NCBI GenBank assembly: GCA_030390025.1
Contig: CM059431.1
Coordinates: 86,180,001-86,244,000 of the forward strand
DNA: 64,000 nucleotides
From: Squalus acanthias
Taxonomy: Eukaryota
Direction of reading: 5' to 3'
The position numbers and the translations under genes were made by a program. Positions within the stretch are counted from its first letter, which is position 1, and every line of letters begins with the position of its first letter. A model generated the notes under the pieces. It ran no database searches, was not told the DNA's origin, and worked only from the letters and a program-made list of their open reading frames with translations. This document shows, piece after piece, positions 61,174-64,000 of this stretch.

Positions 61174-64000
61174 GGCCTCGATTGTAATAGCCCTGAGGAG
61201 GCGGGTTTGGAGGCGGGTCTGTAGCGAAAATCCAAAAAAATGGCTTCAGACACCCAACCCGCCTCCATCCCGCCCCCACCCGATTTTCGTGAGTGTCTGG
61301 TCAGCCGCTCCCAAACTGACCCGACTGGAACTGGTGGGACAGGTAGTTAAGGCAGTTAAGCGCCTGTTAACTGCCTTGCTAATCCTATTTTGATAGTGGT
61401 TTCCCATTTTCGTGCTTCTGGCTCCTGTTTCCCGTCTTGTCAGAAACAGGCCAGGTTCAAGGAGACGATTTGCTGGAGGACATGATTTGTATGCAAGTGC
61501 AACAACTTTGCTGTTGTAGGTATTGGATAACATTTTGCACATCTACTGACCTTGTGACTGTTCAAGCTGACACCCATCTACAGGGTGACATGAATGGAAT
61601 AATTTCAGGCCACTTTGACTGTGCGCTTGCAATCTTGTGGCCTCAAATGAAATCTATAGCAAGGGGATGGGAAATATTTATGCCCTCTCATCCTGGTCCT
61701 CATAATTGGAGGAGCAGCAGCCGCGTGGCCCAGCGCAGATCTTCCTGGGAAAAGGAGTAGGAGGTGGACGAGGGGCGCCTTGCATGCCCAGTTGTGACCA
61801 ATACCTCATCCCTCCAGTTCACTGCTGCCCGTCAACCAGGGTATGCACACTGCCATGCCACATTTGCATAAGCTTACTCTTCAACCATAGGTGGCTACCA
61901 TATGGCTCTTTAATTGTAGGTGACATTTGTCCAATGTCATACATCATCTCTGCTATACCCGGTTATTTCCTATCTCTTTCACCATTAGGATTACAAAAGC
62001 AAGTCGGCCTGAGCACTCAATGCGCTTTTGCCATTTCCCAGAACACATACGCTACACAATCAACTGTTTACCATAGTTTTTCTTTTACACATGACAAAAG
62101 GATCATAAACCAAGAAAAGTCAGAAAAAAAGACAAAACACCCACGTGAGTCCCCTTGTGACTATATGTACTTAATCTTTCTCTTATGCGTGCTTCTACAT
62201 GGTGCTTCCCCTGTGGCTTCAGCAGATGTAGAGGCACCTTGTTGACTAGGATGCTGCACCTGCTTACACGCCTTTGGCGGGCGTCTTCTGGGTTTGGGAG
62301 CCTGGGAGAGCTCTTTAACAGTCTGCTCTTCCTGCGGCTGTGCAGGGTCTGAAGCGGCCATCTCAGTTGTCTCTGCAAGGTGGGTCTCTGACCGAGGGCT
62401 CCGCAGTGGCATGGTCGTGTAAGCGCTTTGAGAGGAGCCCACACTTCCTTGTGTCCTGCCAACAACATCCCTCTCATGGGTCAACTGCACCTCAGTGCTG
62501 GCAAGTGGCTGGAGAGCACCTTGCTGCACATCAGGGGGGCCATGAGGTCCCGTATCTGCACTGGCAGTCCTCATCAAAAGGACGTCCATGAAGCTCTGGT
62601 CTCTCTGCTCAATAGCTGCCCATCTCTCCTCCAGAGATGACAATCTATTTTGAACAGTCACCATGTTTTCCTGACTCTGGCGACTTATTTCCTCCATGGC
62701 CGTAGCCATCCTTTCCACAGAGGTAGCCTGCCTTTCCACGGAGGTTGCCATCCTATCCATGGTGGTGCGTTCATGCACCATTGCCTTCACCACAGCAGTG
62801 CTGATGTTACAGATGGACTCCTCCATTCTATCCACACTCGCACTTATCCGGGAGGCAAACCCTTCCAGAGATTCCTGCACTTGTTCCTGTATTTCCTGAG
62901 ACGCTCTTTTTCTGGATGGCCCCAGAGGCACAGCGTTTGCATGCAGCTCAGCAGAGCTAGGAGAGTCCTGCGACCTCCGCCGAGGACTCTCCACTGCTGT
63001 CGCTGTCTCCACCATCTGCTGATGCTCACTTGTGCGCTGTGATAGACCAAGTGGCAACACTACACCAACTTGCGAGGGCCCCTCCGAGGTGTGTGTTGCT
63101 GCACTGGTGCTGGGTGCACTGATTCCTGGTGACGCTGCTACCTCAGAGGCTTCAGGTTCCTCTGAGGAGTTGTCCGGCTCTTCGTCCTGGATCATGGGGA
63201 GGGCGGCGCCCGATGGTCCTGTGGGAGAGTAAAGGCATGATTTAGACATCTGATATTGATGTGGCAGACATATCCTTTTGAGCAGATGATACAACGCGAT
63301 TCTCTATGAACATCATATGCCATTGCAGTCAATCACTAAATGTCAATGAGAGGGATGAAACTCTATTATATCACCAGCTTCCTCTCGTGTGCCTGTCTCT
63401 CCATCGCCCGCTTCCAGATCCTCGCCACCTCCAACAATTTTGTGTGCAGCCTCCTCAGCACTTGTCAATGTTGCTAGTGTTGGTGTGCCTCCTCCAGTCT
63501 GTGCTCTCTCCCCTCTTATTGTGGGCTATCTTTTCCTGCAAGGAGGGACACAAGCAGAGTTTCAACCACAGTGATGGAGTGAGTGTGAAGAATCCCTACC
63601 ATAGAAGCTTTGAGGGAGCCGAAGATGGGGTAAGGTGCCAAAAGGAAGCCAGCTCCCTGTGCGTTGTTAGTTGTTGTCACTGCATAACAGTGAGAGCGAG
63701 TCTAAGGGGTGCATAGGCAGGATGGTGAAGTGATTCAGTACAGAGACAGAGATGGATAGGTAAGGGTACGAGGGAAGTAAGGGTAAGGTGGTATGTGGTG
63801 GAGCAGGTTTACAATGCAGAGTGCTAGTGATGAGAAGAGAAGGGAAGCAGGTTGAAGGTAATTGTGATGGGATACCCACTTTTGATGTTCGCACAAGATC
63901 ATTAAAGCGTTTCCTGCACTGGATCCAGGAGCGAGAACAAATGGACCTTGCGCTGACCTCCTGAGCAATGCACAGCCAGGCTACCTTGGTCTGCTGAGGA
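61174..64000. mobile_element. Harbinger element with most of the transposase deleted; continues off the right edge
   Basis: TIR-like GGCCTCGATTGTAA at the CR1 break; GGCGGG subterminal repeats; spliced Myb/SANT gene on the minus strand. Confidence 0.85.
62161..64000 (-). pseudogene. Three-exon Harbinger Myb/SANT-like gene (63880 to beyond 64000, 63375-63535, 62161-63218)
   Basis: AWLCIAQEV...RSWIQCRKRFNDL then gt; cag then EKIAHNKR...TGGG (one extra G); last exon fully open for about 350 codons. Confidence 0.85.

Overview
Repeat-dominated vertebrate DNA, most likely intronic or gene-desert sequence from a shark or other cartilaginous fish (inferred from the repeat families, not database-confirmed). 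It contains many 5'-truncated CR1 LINE copies, an L2 tail, Deu-domain, LF-SINE-like and AmnSINE2-like SINEs, one Tigger-like MITE and a probable long solo LTR. It also holds a dense set of PIF/Harbinger elements: one full-length decayed two-gene element at 49585-53298, several Myb/SANT-gene remnants and about a dozen MITEs with 3-bp TSDs. A five-element nest spans 39.3-47.2 kb. Short Penelope-like repeats with minimal hammerhead-ribozyme cores occur at 6.5, 25.1 and 25.6 kb, with a related fold-back at 2.8 kb. No host gene is confidently identified: there are a few candidate minus-strand exons and several enhancer-like unique stretches. No rRNA, tRNA gene or CRISPR array was seen. All family names come from recalled motifs and need a Dfam/Repbase check.
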